The notes under the pieces: model-generated
The model's input: only the letters and a program-made list of their open reading frames with translations
What the model was told of the DNA's origin: nothing
The model's database searches: none
Assembly: GCA_946630315.1 (NCBI GenBank)
Contig: CAMOYT010000001.1
Span: forward strand, 895 to 64,894
Length of the DNA: 64,000 nt
Direction: 5' to 3'
Source: an uncultured Bacillota bacterium
GTDB taxonomy: Bacteria; Bacillota_I; Bacilli_A; RF39; UBA660
Made by a program: the position numbers and the translations under genes
Part shown: piece by piece, positions 9,655-19,828 of the stretch
How the letters are laid out: each line of letters opens with the position of its first letter
Numbering within the stretch: the stretch's first letter is position 1

Positions 9655-10778
9655 TGAAAAAGATTGTTTTTTTAACAGGTACTAGAGCAGATTATGGAAA
9701 GATAAAATCTATTTTAAAAATATTAGATGGAAATAGTGACTTTAAAGTTTATATATATGTTACAGGAATGCATTTATTAGAAAAGTATGGCAGTACATAT
9801 AAAGAGATAGAAAAAGATGGATTTAAAAATATATTTCTATCTAAGCCTATTGATAGAGATTTATCTATGGATCAAGCTCTTGCTAAAAATGTATTAGAAT
9901 TTTCTAATTATGTAAAAGATATTAAACCAGATATGATTTTTGTTCATGGTGATAGATTAGAAGCACTTGCCGGAGCTATTGTTGGGGCACTTAATAATAT
10001 TTATGTTTCACATATTGAAGGTGGAGAGATTAGTGGAACAATAGATGAGTCTATTAGACATTCTATTAGTAAACTAGCCAATTTTCATTTTGTATCTAAT
10101 CCAACTGCTAAAAAGAATTTAATTCAAATGGGTGAGAAAAATGAAAGTATATTTGTAACTGGTTCACCTGATATAGATATTATGCTTAAGAATAATTTTG
10201 ATATTAATGAAATTAAGAAAATGTATGATATAAATTTTGATAATTATGGAATATTTATTTATCATCCGGTTGTTAGTGAAATACGTCTTTTAAAAAGACA
10301 TATTAAGAGTGTAGTAGATGCTTTAATTGCTTCTTGCAAAAACTATGTTGTTATCTATCCAAATAATGATTTAGGTTCAGATATTATTTTAGAAGAATTA
10401 AAAAGATTAGAAGGTAATGATCATTTTAAAATGTTTCCTTCAATACGTTTTGAATATTTTTTAACATTACTTAAGAATGCATCTTTCGTTATTGGAAATT
10501 CTAGTTTAGGAATTAGAGAAAGTGGAATATATGGAGTACCTACAATTAATATTGGTACAAGACAAAATAGTAGATATAACTTAAATGTTCAAAAGAATTT
10601 ATGTTGTGTAAAAGAAAATAGCCAAGAAATTATTAGAGCTATTAAGAATATAGATAAATATCGTTTTAAAGATGAGTATTTTGGAGTAGGTAATAGTGAT
10701 AAGAGAATACTAGGTATTTTAGAAAATAATGATATATGGAAAATACCAATTCAGAAAATGTTTGTTTCTATTTGGTAG
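9651..10778 (+). CDS. neuC: UDP-N-acetylglucosamine 2-epimerase (hydrolysing), NeuC/LegG-like.
   Basis: [11 protein letters not shown]...[19 protein letters not shown]...[27 protein letters not shown], the hydrolysing-epimerase signature. Confidence 0.8.
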   Translation: MMKKIVFLTGTRADYGKIKSILKILDGNSDFKVYIYVTGMHLLEKYGSTYKEIEKDGFKNIFLSKPIDRDLSMDQALAKNVLEFSNYVKDIKPDMIFVHGDRLEALAGAIVGALNNIYVSHIEGGEISGTIDESIRHSISKLANFHFVSNPTAKKNLIQMGEKNESIFVTGSPDIDIMLKNNFDINEIKKMYDINFDNYGIFIYHPVVSEIRLLKRHIKSVVDALIASCKNYVVIYPNNDLGSDIILEELKRLEGNDHFKMFPSIRFEYFLTLLKNASFVIGNSSLGIRESGIYGVPTINIGTRQNSRYNLNVQKNLCCVKENSQEIIRAIKNIDKYRFKDEYFGVGNSDKRILGILENNDIWKIPIQKMFVSIW

Positions 10779-10789
10779 GGAGAATAATT

Positions 10790-11320
10790 ATGGTTTGTTT
10801 AGGAATATTATGGAATAGTATGCAAGATTATCTTGGAGAAGCTATAGAAGATATTAGTAGTTATGGTTCTATTAAAGGAGCTTTTACAATGGAACTTAAT
10901 GATCAATATGAAAGTTTTGTTAGGGATATTTATAGCCAAGATGATATTGCAGAATGGAAAGTAGATAAGAAATTAGAGACTATGTTTAAGTGTAGTGATA
11001 ATAGAAATATTACAGTAGTTATTGTAGATGTTGATAGTAGTAAGCAAGTTTATCATCCATTAAAAAAGAGAATGGTATATGAAAATTTAGAAAAGATGAA
11101 AACTAATTTACGAAAAAAGTATAGTGAAAAAGTAGATCATTACTTCTTTGATAATGTCTTTCATATGACTGATGATGAAAGAGAATATGATGCAGATCTT
11201 GGTATTGTAAAACAATATATGGATAGAGTAGATGTAGTGCCAATTGATTTAGGAGAAGAGAAAGCTAAAGATAAAGTTTTAACATTAGGAGTTAGAAATG
11301 AAACTGAAAGAAAGAATTAG
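10790..11320 (+). CDS. Hypothetical protein. Start set at ATG 10790 after RBS GGGAGAA; the track ORF begins at 10736.
   Basis: 176 aa soluble, no motif recognised. Lies within the sugar cluster. Confidence 0.45.
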   Translation: MVCLGILWNSMQDYLGEAIEDISSYGSIKGAFTMELNDQYESFVRDIYSQDDIAEWKVDKKLETMFKCSDNRNITVVIVDVDSSKQVYHPLKKRMVYENLEKMKTNLRKKYSEKVDHYFFDNVFHMTDDEREYDADLGIVKQYMDRVDVVPIDLGEEKAKDKVLTLGVRNETERKN

Positions 11321-12302
11321 TAAAAAAGTATCTGATAGTGGATTTAATACTTTTATGTCTTTTCCTAAAAAGAATTTATTAATTGAAGTAACTAATTATT
11401 GTAATAATAGATGTATATTTTGCTACAACGACTGTATGAAAAGAGAAAGAAAATTTATTGATAAAGATTTATGTTATAGAGTATTAAGTGATGCTTATCA
11501 ATTGGGTATGAGAGAAGTTGGTTTTTATGTTACAGGAGAGCCATTACTTGATAAGAGATTAAAAGATTTTATTAAAAGAGCTAAGTTGATAGGTTATGAA
11601 TATATTTATATTACTACTAATGGTATTCTTGCTAATCTAAGTAGAGTTAAGGAATTATATGAGGCTGGTTTAAATAGTATTAAGTATAGTATTAATGCTA
11701 GTAATGAAAAAGATTATTTAATGATTCATGGTACTGATAATTTTACTAGAGTAGTTAATAATTTAGAAGAAGTTTATAACTGGAAAACGAGTAATAATAT
11801 TAATTTAAAAGTATATGTATCTTATATTATGATTGATGCTACTAATAAAAAGAGTGAGATAGATAAATTATTTAAGAATAAGTGTGATGAATATGTAGTT
11901 ATGTCTGCTATTAATCAAGGAGGATTAATACCTAGTATTTGTGAAATATCTCATGAGAAAGGAATTAATAGTTTTAAATTACCTTGTTCTTATCCCTTTA
12001 AATCAGTAGTAGTTACATGTGAAGGGTATCTTACTGGTTGTTGTATGGATTTTGAAAACTTACTTGCATATGCAGATTTAAGTAAAGAAAAGTTAGAAGA
12101 TGCTTGGAATAATAGTATTATTAGAGAACTTAGAAAAAGACAATTAGAAGGTAATGTTAATGGTACTATTTGTTCTAATTGTATTTATAATTCTTTAGAA
12201 ATACCAAATGAGATTAATACTAAGCTATGTAAATTAAAAAATAAAAATAATATATTTTGTAAAGATTTAGATAGAATAAGGAGGAGTAATGAAAGCTATT
12301 AA
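11298..12302 (+). CDS. Radical SAM enzyme with a Cys-rich C-terminal (SPASM-like) region.
   Basis: VTNYCNNRCIFCYN (CxxxCxxC). C-terminal CEGYLTGCCMDF...CSNCIYN extra cysteines. Confidence 0.75.
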   Translation: MKLKERISKKVSDSGFNTFMSFPKKNLLIEVTNYCNNRCIFCYNDCMKRERKFIDKDLCYRVLSDAYQLGMREVGFYVTGEPLLDKRLKDFIKRAKLIGYEYIYITTNGILANLSRVKELYEAGLNSIKYSINASNEKDYLMIHGTDNFTRVVNNLEEVYNWKTSNNINLKVYVSYIMIDATNKKSEIDKLFKNKCDEYVVMSAINQGGLIPSICEISHEKGINSFKLPCSYPFKSVVVTCEGYLTGCCMDFENLLAYADLSKEKLEDAWNNSIIRELRKRQLEGNVNGTICSNCIYNSLEIPNEINTKLCKLKNKNNIFCKDLDRIRRSNESY

Positions 12303-13722
12303 GACATTCTTAAAAAAAGAAATAAAAGATAATATGTTTTTAAGAGAAGTTAATGGGGAAAAGTATTGGGAATATATTAGACCTCTTGTATCTTGTGAAG
12401 TAAATGCTGTTATATCAACAGGTAGTCCGATGTTTTCAAAGACTAAGTTTAATATAAAAAAGTATTTATTAAATATTAGTAATTTTCCTAAGTATTTTTT
12501 AAAAAAGAAAAAGTATGATATTTTAATGATTTCACAACCAAGAAGAGTATTAGCTGATAATAATAAATATAGAAATAATTATATAGATTATTATGTTGAT
12601 TATTTGAAAGATAAGTATGATGTTTTGACATTAGAAGAACCTACTTATAGTTCTTTAGGAGTTAGTGATACTGCTCATAGTTTTCCATTATATACTGATA
12701 ATATTTATTTAACTGATATATTAGAATTAAAATTTTTATTAAAGAAAAAGTTATATAAAATAATTCATCCAATTCATTATAAGAATTTATTATTGGAATA
12801 TGAGAACATAGAGAAAATAGTTAATTCTTGGTATCCTAATAATGATAAGCTAATTAGTTTTAAAAATTTATTTATGGATGCTTTGATTAGAATAGAATTA
12901 GAGAGAAAATATGTTAAAAAGATATTAAAAGTAGTAAGTCCAAAAATTGTTATGTTACATTATATGCCTTCTACTTTTAAAGAATTAATTATTAATGAAT
13001 GTAATAGATGCGGTATTGATTCTATAGAAGTACAACATGGTACTATTACTAAAGTTGATCCTTTAGTTAATAAGTGTTTGGATGTATCAGTACTTAATAA
13101 TACGACTAAATATATATTTAGTTTTGGTAAGAATCAAATACAAAAAGATAATTTGTCTATTAATGATATTAATAATGTTATCGATATTGGATTTCCTTTT
13201 TTTGAAGAAAAATTAAAGAACTTAAAGAAGAAAAAGAAAAAATATATATTAGTAATTAGTCAATCAACTATTGGTTCTGATATGGCTAGATTTGCTAGTG
13301 AATTAGCAGACTTAGTTGGTAATAAATATAGTATTGTATTTAAGTATCATCCTAATGAACTAAGTAATGATTATGAATGTTTAAAAAATAAAAATATAAT
13401 TGAGATTAGAAATGAAATGACAATATATGAGATACAACAAGAAGCAATATTACAAATTGGATCTTATTCTACTTCTTTATATGAAGGATTTGCTATGAAA
13501 GTACCGACATTAGTATTAAAGAGCATGTTTGGATCAATCGAAGTAGTTGATATATTTGAAGGTATTAATAAAGGTGTTTATTACATAAATAAGCCAAAAG
13601 ATGTATTGAGATACTTGAGATTGAATGATATAATTCCACTAGATAAAGATATTAAAAAATTATGGCAAAGTGATAGTAAAAATAGATTATTAAAAGAAAT
13701 TGAAAAAATAATTGGGAGGTAG
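12289..13722 (+). CDS. Putative GT-B glycosyltransferase (possible sialyl-/nonulosonyl-transferase or TagF-like).
   Basis: 477 aa. The C-terminal half carries a KYHPNE 'HP' motif of the kind seen in CMP-sugar GT-B transferases. Context is the NeuABC cluster. Weak call. Confidence 0.35.
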   Translation: MKAIKTFLKKEIKDNMFLREVNGEKYWEYIRPLVSCEVNAVISTGSPMFSKTKFNIKKYLLNISNFPKYFLKKKKYDILMISQPRRVLADNNKYRNNYIDYYVDYLKDKYDVLTLEEPTYSSLGVSDTAHSFPLYTDNIYLTDILELKFLLKKKLYKIIHPIHYKNLLLEYENIEKIVNSWYPNNDKLISFKNLFMDALIRIELERKYVKKILKVVSPKIVMLHYMPSTFKELIINECNRCGIDSIEVQHGTITKVDPLVNKCLDVSVLNNTTKYIFSFGKNQIQKDNLSINDINNVIDIGFPFFEEKLKNLKKKKKKYILVISQSTIGSDMARFASELADLVGNKYSIVFKYHPNELSNDYECLKNKNIIEIRNEMTIYEIQQEAILQIGSYSTSLYEGFAMKVPTLVLKSMFGSIEVVDIFEGINKGVYYINKPKDVLRYLRLNDIIPLDKDIKKLWQSDSKNRLLKEIEKIIGR

Positions 13723-13724
13723 TT

Positions 13725-14267
13725 ATGGAATTAGTAGATATTTATAATGATAAGCATGAGAAGTTGAATTATACAAAAGGTAGAAAAGAATTAGAAGAGG
13801 GAGAATTTAGATTATCTTGCTTTGTTTGGATTATTAATGATAAAGATGAAATATTAATTCAACAAAGATTAGCTACAGCTAAGAAGTGTCCTAATATGTG
13901 GGAGACAGCATCTGGTGGAGCAGAAGCAGGTGATGATGCTATTGGTGGAGCAATAAGAGAAGTAGAAGAAGAGTTAGGATTAAAAGTTAAAAAGAAAGAT
14001 TTAAAATATATTGGATCATTTGCTCGTATTAATGATTTTGTAGAAGTATTCTTGTTAAAATCTAATGTTAAAATTAATAAATTAAAATTACAAGAAGATG
14101 AAGTACAAGCTGCTAAATGGGTAAGTATTTCTGAATTTGAAAAGATTATTGCTGATGGTATGGCAAGTGATACTAGTTTCTTTATATTCAAAGAATATTT
14201 TGAAAAGTATTATAATAGATATTTAGAATTTGTTGATGGAAAACCTGTATATAAAAAAAAGAACTAA
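13725..14267 (+). CDS. NUDIX hydrolase.
   Basis: Nudix box GGAEAGDDAIGGAIREVEEELGL. Confidence 0.75.
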   Translation: MELVDIYNDKHEKLNYTKGRKELEEGEFRLSCFVWIINDKDEILIQQRLATAKKCPNMWETASGGAEAGDDAIGGAIREVEEELGLKVKKKDLKYIGSFARINDFVEVFLLKSNVKINKLKLQEDEVQAAKWVSISEFEKIIADGMASDTSFFIFKEYFEKYYNRYLEFVDGKPVYKKKN

Positions 14268-14278
14268 GATAGTTCTTT

Positions 14279-14968
14279 TTAATTTACATAGAATTTATAT
14301 GATACATCTTCTAAGTAGAAACTAGTTTCTTTTTCACTATAAATATTATAGTCTAAATATACGACTAGATTTCCTTTTTCAATGTAATAAGTAATTGATT
14401 TATCTAAGTTAGTTAATTCTCTTAGTTTTAGATAATTATTATATGTAGTAGATGAATCAATTATTTTATTAGTTAATTCTTCTTTATAATATTTAGAAAA
14501 TATATTATTAATATAATTATGAATATAATCTTTATTTGTATTAAACATTGATAAATACTCATCTTCTGTTAATATTTTTAATTTACTTAAATCAATTATA
14601 TATGATTTAAATGTATAATCTGGTATTTCATTACTAAAGTCAGTAATTATTATTATTAATGATAAGATATTACCATTTATTTCATAGTTATTAGTTATTT
14701 CTACTGCTTTATTATTTAGATAAGGATTAGTAAAAGTATCGATGTCATTATTAATAGTAGTACTTATTTCTTTAATATTAATATTAGGTACATATTGATT
14801 TAAATCTTTGTTTTCTATTTTGTTATAGACTATGTCTTTATTATTATCTAATAAGATAGTTTTATTTGTATTTAAGATTTGAAATATTCCATATATTATT
14901 AGTAGAATTATTAATAAAATTACTATATATAGGTATGTTTGATAATTATTTTTTTTATTCTTTTTCAT
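14279..14968 (-). CDS. Membrane-anchored hypothetical protein.
   Basis: N-terminal TM helix. Asn/Ile/Tyr-rich extracytoplasmic region. Confidence 0.5.
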   Translation of the reverse strand: MKKNKKNNYQTYLYIVILLIILLIIYGIFQILNTNKTILLDNNKDIVYNKIENKDLNQYVPNINIKEISTTINNDIDTFTNPYLNNKAVEITNNYEINGNILSLIIIITDFSNEIPDYTFKSYIIDLSKLKILTEDEYLSMFNTNKDYIHNYINNIFSKYYKEELTNKIIDSSTTYNNYLKLRELTNLDKSITYYIEKGNLVVYLDYNIYSEKETSFYLEDVSYKFYVN

Positions 14969-14976
14969 AGTACCTC

Positions 14977-15930
14977 CTAATCATAAGCTGTAAGATGGAT
15001 AAAAGATGTGTAGCTGCTGGCATGAGTACCATGTGTTACACCACGTCCACTATTACAACCTATAGATTCACCATTTCCTATATATATTTCAACATGTCCA
15101 ACTCCTCTAGAATTAAAGCCCATAAATAAGACATCACCTGGTACTAAATGAGACATATCTGAATACATAATAGTTCCTTTTACATTACATGATCCCCATA
15201 CTGTTGACTTTATCTGATGGTCTATGATGCCGAAATGTTTTAGAACACGATAGACAAAATGAGAACAATCACATTGACCATTTGGTTTTAGTTCCATACT
15301 TGAACCCAATTCATATGTTAATCCTTTATTTAACCAAGATTTAGCATAGTTTGCTACATCTTGTCCGTTTGCTTTACCAACTATTTTGGCAGTTGCTCCT
15401 GAATCATTTTCTTTTAGTTTTACATTATTATCTCCTATAGTACAAGTTGTTGAGATAGGAGCATTACTTGGATTATAACTAGTTACTGTTCCATTATCAT
15501 TTACTTCTGGTTGTTTTTCGTCTCCTTTTTCATAAGTATTATTAGTTATTATAGGAGTAGCTTTTTTCTTGTCATTTTTTATATAAGTAGTTGATGTTGA
15601 TACTTTAATATTTTTTGCTTCCTTTAGACAAGCAGAGAAGTTAGTACTTTCACTTGTCATATTTATTACTATATTAGCAAGCATTGGTATAAAAAATATT
15701 ACTATTGCTGCTGCAACTTGATTAAATAATTTTTTCATATTCTTTTTTTCATCTGGATTAATCATCATTTGCATTAATTGATAGGCTACCATTAATAGTA
15801 ATAGAATAGGTACTATTATTTGAATAATATTTATAATGTTTGCTGCTACAGAAAGAATGTTTTTTAAAGAAGCATCTTTGCAACAATTACCTAAGTTACT
15901 ATTACAACTAAGTATAAGTATATTTTTCAT
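14977..15930 (-). CDS. NlpC/P60 (C40) cell-wall peptidase with an N-terminal two-TM membrane region.
   Basis: C-terminal GQCDCSHFVYRV...GDVLFMG...GHVEIYIGNG...HG (Cys-His-His triad). N-terminal hydrophobic segments. Confidence 0.7.
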   Translation of the reverse strand: MKNILILSCNSNLGNCCKDASLKNILSVAANIINIIQIIVPILLLLMVAYQLMQMMINPDEKKNMKKLFNQVAAAIVIFFIPMLANIVINMTSESTNFSACLKEAKNIKVSTSTTYIKNDKKKATPIITNNTYEKGDEKQPEVNDNGTVTSYNPSNAPISTTCTIGDNNVKLKENDSGATAKIVGKANGQDVANYAKSWLNKGLTYELGSSMELKPNGQCDCSHFVYRVLKHFGIIDHQIKSTVWGSCNVKGTIMYSDMSHLVPGDVLFMGFNSRGVGHVEIYIGNGESIGCNSGRGVTHGTHASSYTSFIHLTAYD

Positions 15931-15978
15931 ATAATCACCTATAATAAGTATAACATAATAAAAAATAGTTCCATAGAA

Positions 15979-17028
15979 CTATTTTTTTCTATCTTTTAGG
16001 AAGTAAACTAATTCTTCTAAGATTGTTTTATCTTCACTTTTTAACCAATTAATACTATTTAATTTGTTTAGAGATTGTTCGTATAATTCGTTCATTTTAT
16101 TTTGGCAATATTCTAATGATTTAGATTCGATGAATAACTCTCTAACTTTGTCGATATCGTATTCTTCTTTTCCATAATATTTTAATAATTTATCATAGTA
16201 TTTAGTCTCTTTTATGTGAGCATAAAGAAGCGTTTGTTTAAATTCTCTTATATCAGATCCTATAGGTTTACCTAATGTTTCATTAGATGAAAATATTCCT
16301 AAGATATCATCTTGAATTTGGAAAGCTATACCTAATGGTAAAGTAAATTCTTCTATATCTTTTATTTCTTCTTCTTTTGAATTAGCTAAGATCATACCTA
16401 ATGACATAGGACCTACTAATGTATAATATGATGTTTTTAGTCGATAAATATCCATAGTAGTATCTTCTACATTACCTTTAAATATTTTATTTTTTTCTTC
16501 ATATGGAGTTACTACATCTATTATTTCTCCTCTAATAGTATCAAGTACTATATCATTATACTTATTTAGTATATTATAAAAGTTTTTATCATCTTTATAG
16601 TTTTCTATTAATAATTTGGTAGATTTAAATAATCCATAATCACCAATACATAAAGCAATAGAGTGTGATAAATGATTATTATCAGATAAGTTTTTATATT
16701 TTTCTTTATTGTATGAATGTATAGTTGTTTTACCACGCCTAAAGTCATCATTATCTATAATATCATCATGTACTAAGATAGATGTTTCAAATACTTCATA
16801 GGCTGTTGATAGAGGAATAGCATAATCAAGATTATCATTATTTAATTTATAACCAAGTTGGATTAATGTACCTCTTATCATCTTACCTGATATATTTAAA
16901 TCACTATATACTTTTAAATTTTCATTTATAGTTATATTTTCTTCTTTTAATATTTCATTATTGAAATTAGAAAGAGATTTTTCTATTTTTTGTTTTTGCT
17001 CTTTATAGAAATCTAAAAATTTAGACAT
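15979..17028 (-). CDS. Polyprenyl diphosphate synthase (trans-isoprenyl diphosphate synthase family).
   Basis: First aspartate-rich motif LVHDDIIDNDDFRRG and second motif FQIQDDILG. Confidence 0.8.
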   Translation of the reverse strand: MSKFLDFYKEQKQKIEKSLSNFNNEILKEENITINENLKVYSDLNISGKMIRGTLIQLGYKLNNDNLDYAIPLSTAYEVFETSILVHDDIIDNDDFRRGKTTIHSYNKEKYKNLSDNNHLSHSIALCIGDYGLFKSTKLLIENYKDDKNFYNILNKYNDIVLDTIRGEIIDVVTPYEEKNKIFKGNVEDTTMDIYRLKTSYYTLVGPMSLGMILANSKEEEIKDIEEFTLPLGIAFQIQDDILGIFSSNETLGKPIGSDIREFKQTLLYAHIKETKYYDKLLKYYGKEEYDIDKVRELFIESKSLEYCQNKMNELYEQSLNKLNSINWLKSEDKTILEELVYFLKDRKK

Positions 17029-17069
17029 ATTTTCACCTCAATCTTATTATAGCATTATATATTATAATT

Positions 17070-17426
17070 TTGTATAATAATTATAGGAGTGATATTATGG
17101 CAAGTTTTGATGATTTTATGAAATTAGATATTAGAGTAGGTACTATAATTGGTGTAGATGATTTTCCTAAAGCAAAAAGACCTGCATATAAGTTAACTAT
17201 TGATTTTGGAGAAGAAATTGGTATAAAGAAGAGTTCTGCTCAGATTACTGAAATATATAAAAAGGAAGATTTAATTAATAGACAAATACTTGGAGTAGTT
17301 AATTTTCCTCCTAGACAAATAGCTGATTTTTTTAGTGAGGTATTAGTTCTTGGTACTTATAGTGATCAAGGAGTTGTATTAATAAAACCAGATATGAAAG
17401 TTAATAATGGAGATAAGCTAGGATGA
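17070..17426 (+). CDS. csaA: tRNA-binding domain protein (CsaA/EMAP-like). The true start is probably ATG 17098.
   Basis: FMKLDIRVGTIIGVDDFPKAKRPAYKLTIDFGEEIG, the OB-fold tRNA-binding (Myf) signature. Confidence 0.7.
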   Translation: MYNNYRSDIMASFDDFMKLDIRVGTIIGVDDFPKAKRPAYKLTIDFGEEIGIKKSSAQITEIYKKEDLINRQILGVVNFPPRQIADFFSEVLVLGTYSDQGVVLIKPDMKVNNGDKLG

Positions 17427-18310
17427 GGGAAGAGAATATTAAAATTAAATCTTTATATGATGGATTAGAATTAGATACTAAGTTATTTATTCCTAAAGGT
17501 AAAATAATTGGAATTGTTCAATTATCTCATGGAATGGTAGAGGATAAAAAATATTATTATCATTTTATGAAGTATTTAACTAAGAATGGTTTTGTTACTA
17601 TTATTAATGACCATAGAGGGCATGGATTAAGTATTAAAGATGAAAAAGATTTAGGTTATTTGTATGATGAAGAAGGAGAAGCTATAGTAGATGATTTATA
17701 TGAAGTAACTAAATATGTTAAGAATAGATTTCCTAATAAGAAAGTTACTTTATTTGGTCATTCTATGGGTAGTTTAGTAATTAGGTGCTATTTAAAGAAA
17801 TATGATAAGGAGATAGATAAATTAATAGTATGTGGATCTCCTAGTGTAAATAGTATGAGTAAGATGGGATTATCTATTTGTAAATTATTCAAAAAAATAA
17901 AAGGTGATAGATATAGAAGTAAATTACTAAATAAATTAGCTTTAACTAGTGATAGTAGTAATAGTTGGATTAGTTATGATACTAAGTATGTAGAAGAATA
18001 TAATAATGATAAAAATTGTGGTTATATTTTTACAGTTAATGGATTTATTAATTTAATGCATTTAATGATTAATACATATAGTGATGATTATAAAGTAAAG
18101 AATAAAGATTTAGATATCTTGTTTATAGCAGGTGAAGATGATATAGTAATTAAAAATAAGAAGTTATGGATGAAGAGTATTAATCATTTAAAAAGTATGG
18201 GTTATAAAAAAATAGAGTATGTTTTATATAGTAGAATGAAACATGCTTTAATAAATGAAAAAGATAAAAATAAGGTATATGAAGATGTGTTAGATTTTGT
18301 AAAAAGTTAA
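17423..18310 (+). CDS. Alpha/beta-hydrolase (lysophospholipase / monoacylglycerol lipase-like).
   Basis: HRGHGLS...GHSMGS nucleophile elbow. Confidence 0.7.
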   Translation: MREENIKIKSLYDGLELDTKLFIPKGKIIGIVQLSHGMVEDKKYYYHFMKYLTKNGFVTIINDHRGHGLSIKDEKDLGYLYDEEGEAIVDDLYEVTKYVKNRFPNKKVTLFGHSMGSLVIRCYLKKYDKEIDKLIVCGSPSVNSMSKMGLSICKLFKKIKGDRYRSKLLNKLALTSDSSNSWISYDTKYVEEYNNDKNCGYIFTVNGFINLMHLMINTYSDDYKVKNKDLDILFIAGEDDIVIKNKKLWMKSINHLKSMGYKKIEYVLYSRMKHALINEKDKNKVYEDVLDFVKS

Positions 18311-18370
18311 AAGTTTATACACAAAACTGTGGACAAATGTTTTAAAAACGTTAAAAAAAGTGCAAAAATT

Positions 18371-18399
18371 GTTGAAAAATAAGAAATCATTTGTTATAA
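18371..18399 (+). promoter_or_regulatory. Sigma-A promoter for rpsU (TTGAAA-17-TATAAT with TG extension).
   Basis: ttgaaaaataagaaatcatttgttataat. Near-identical to the tRNA-Arg promoter at 2353-2381. Confidence 0.6.
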
Positions 18400-18432
18400 T
18401 TCTTTGTAGTTAGTGCGAAGGGAGGGATAAAA

Positions 18433-18633
18433 TTGGCGACTAAAGTAGCTGTTAGAGGTAACTTAGATCAAGCTCTAAGAAAGTTCAAGCAAAAAGTAGC
18501 AAGAGACGGTGTCCCTTCAGAGTTTAAGAAAAGAGAAGCTTATGACAAACCAGGGGTAAGAAGAAGAGCTGCTAAAAAAGAAGGAATTAAAAATTCTAGA
18601 AAAAGAGAAAGATCAAGAAGTAGAGATTATTAA
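18433..18633 (+). CDS. rpsU: 30S ribosomal protein S21 (TTG start).
   Basis: Basic 66-aa protein with ...LRKFK..V.R.GV..E...RE.YDKP..RR... RBS GGAGGG; TTG start. Confidence 0.85.
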   Translation: MATKVAVRGNLDQALRKFKQKVARDGVPSEFKKREAYDKPGVRRRAAKKEGIKNSRKRERSRSRDY

Positions 18634-18693
18634 TCTCTATTTTTTTTGTGATGAATTTATATTTATGTTATAATAGGACAAAGGAGTGGTAAT

Positions 18694-19131
18694 ATGGTAG
18701 AAAAATTAGATAAAGATATGATTGAGGCTATGAAAAATCATGAGAAAGAAAGACTTGCAGTTATTAGAGCTGTTAAAGCTGGATTAAAACAAGAAGCTAT
18801 TGATCATAAGAGAGAAATTAATGATGATTTATTAATTGAAGTTGTTAATCGTCAAGTTAAGATGAGAAGAGAGTCTATTGTTGAATTTGAAAAAGGTAAT
18901 AGACAAGATTTAATTGATCAAACTCAAGCTGAAATTGATGTTTTAATGGCTTATTTACCTGAACAATTAAGTAAGGAAGAAGTATTAAAGATAATTGATG
19001 AAATATTTGATGAAGTTAAACCTGAAAGTCAAAAAGATATGGGTAAAGTAATGAAGGAAGCTCAAGCTAAATTAAAAGGTAAAGCTGATATGAAAGAAGT
19101 TTCTACAATTATTAGAGAAAAGTTACAATAA
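18694..19131 (+). CDS. yqeY: GatB/YqeY domain protein.
   Basis: Conserved position after rpsU. LKQEAIDHKREINDDLLIEV...IDVLMAYLPEQLS. Confidence 0.8.
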   Translation: MVEKLDKDMIEAMKNHEKERLAVIRAVKAGLKQEAIDHKREINDDLLIEVVNRQVKMRRESIVEFEKGNRQDLIDQTQAEIDVLMAYLPEQLSKEEVLKIIDEIFDEVKPESQKDMGKVMKEAQAKLKGKADMKEVSTIIREKLQ

Positions 19132-19211
19132 ATACACTTAGGTGTATTTTTTCTTTGGTTGAAAAAGATTAGGATTAATAGTAAAATATTATTAGATTGA
19201 GGAGGGATAGT

Positions 19212-19820
19212 GTGATACAGCCACTTACTGATACAATTCAAGGTGTAGTTAATTTTACTTGGCCAATGATAATTATTAGTATTGTTGTTTTGGTATCTTG
19301 TAGAATTAGCTATTTGGTTAAAAATAGAGAAACTGAGAGATTTGTTATTTATAAGGAATTATTAATGCTGTCTTTTGCAATATATATATTATGCTTATTC
19401 CAAGTAGTTACTTTTCAAGATGATGTTACTTGGGCTAGTAATAATTTTATTCCTTTTAAAGAGATATTTAGATATAATATTACATCTAGATTATTTATAA
19501 AGAATGTTATTGGTAATATGATTATGTTTTTACCTTTTGGATTCTTTATTAGTTATTATTTAAAGAATGAAAAGATATGGTTAACGTTATTTATTACTTT
19601 GATTACTAGTGTTGCGATTGAGGTAGTACAATTAACAATGATTGGAAGAGTATTTGATGTTGATGATATTATATTGAATGTACTTGGTGGTATTATTGGT
19701 TATTTAATATATCATTTATTATCAAAGATTGGGGAAAAGTTACCTAGTGTATTTAAGAGTGAATGGTTTTTGAATATTATTAGTATTATTATACTAATTG
19801 GAATTATTGTTTTAATATAG
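19212..19820 (+). CDS. VanZ-like family membrane protein. GTG start at 19212 after RBS GGAGGG; the track ORF begins at 19197.
   Basis: NFIPFKEIF...NVIGNMIMFLPFGFF...NVLGGIIGYLIY, typical VanZ-like motifs. Confidence 0.6.
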   Translation: MIQPLTDTIQGVVNFTWPMIIISIVVLVSCRISYLVKNRETERFVIYKELLMLSFAIYILCLFQVVTFQDDVTWASNNFIPFKEIFRYNITSRLFIKNVIGNMIMFLPFGFFISYYLKNEKIWLTLFITLITSVAIEVVQLTMIGRVFDVDDIILNVLGGIIGYLIYHLLSKIGEKLPSVFKSEWFLNIISIIILIGIIVLI

Positions 19821-19828
19821 GAGGAAAA

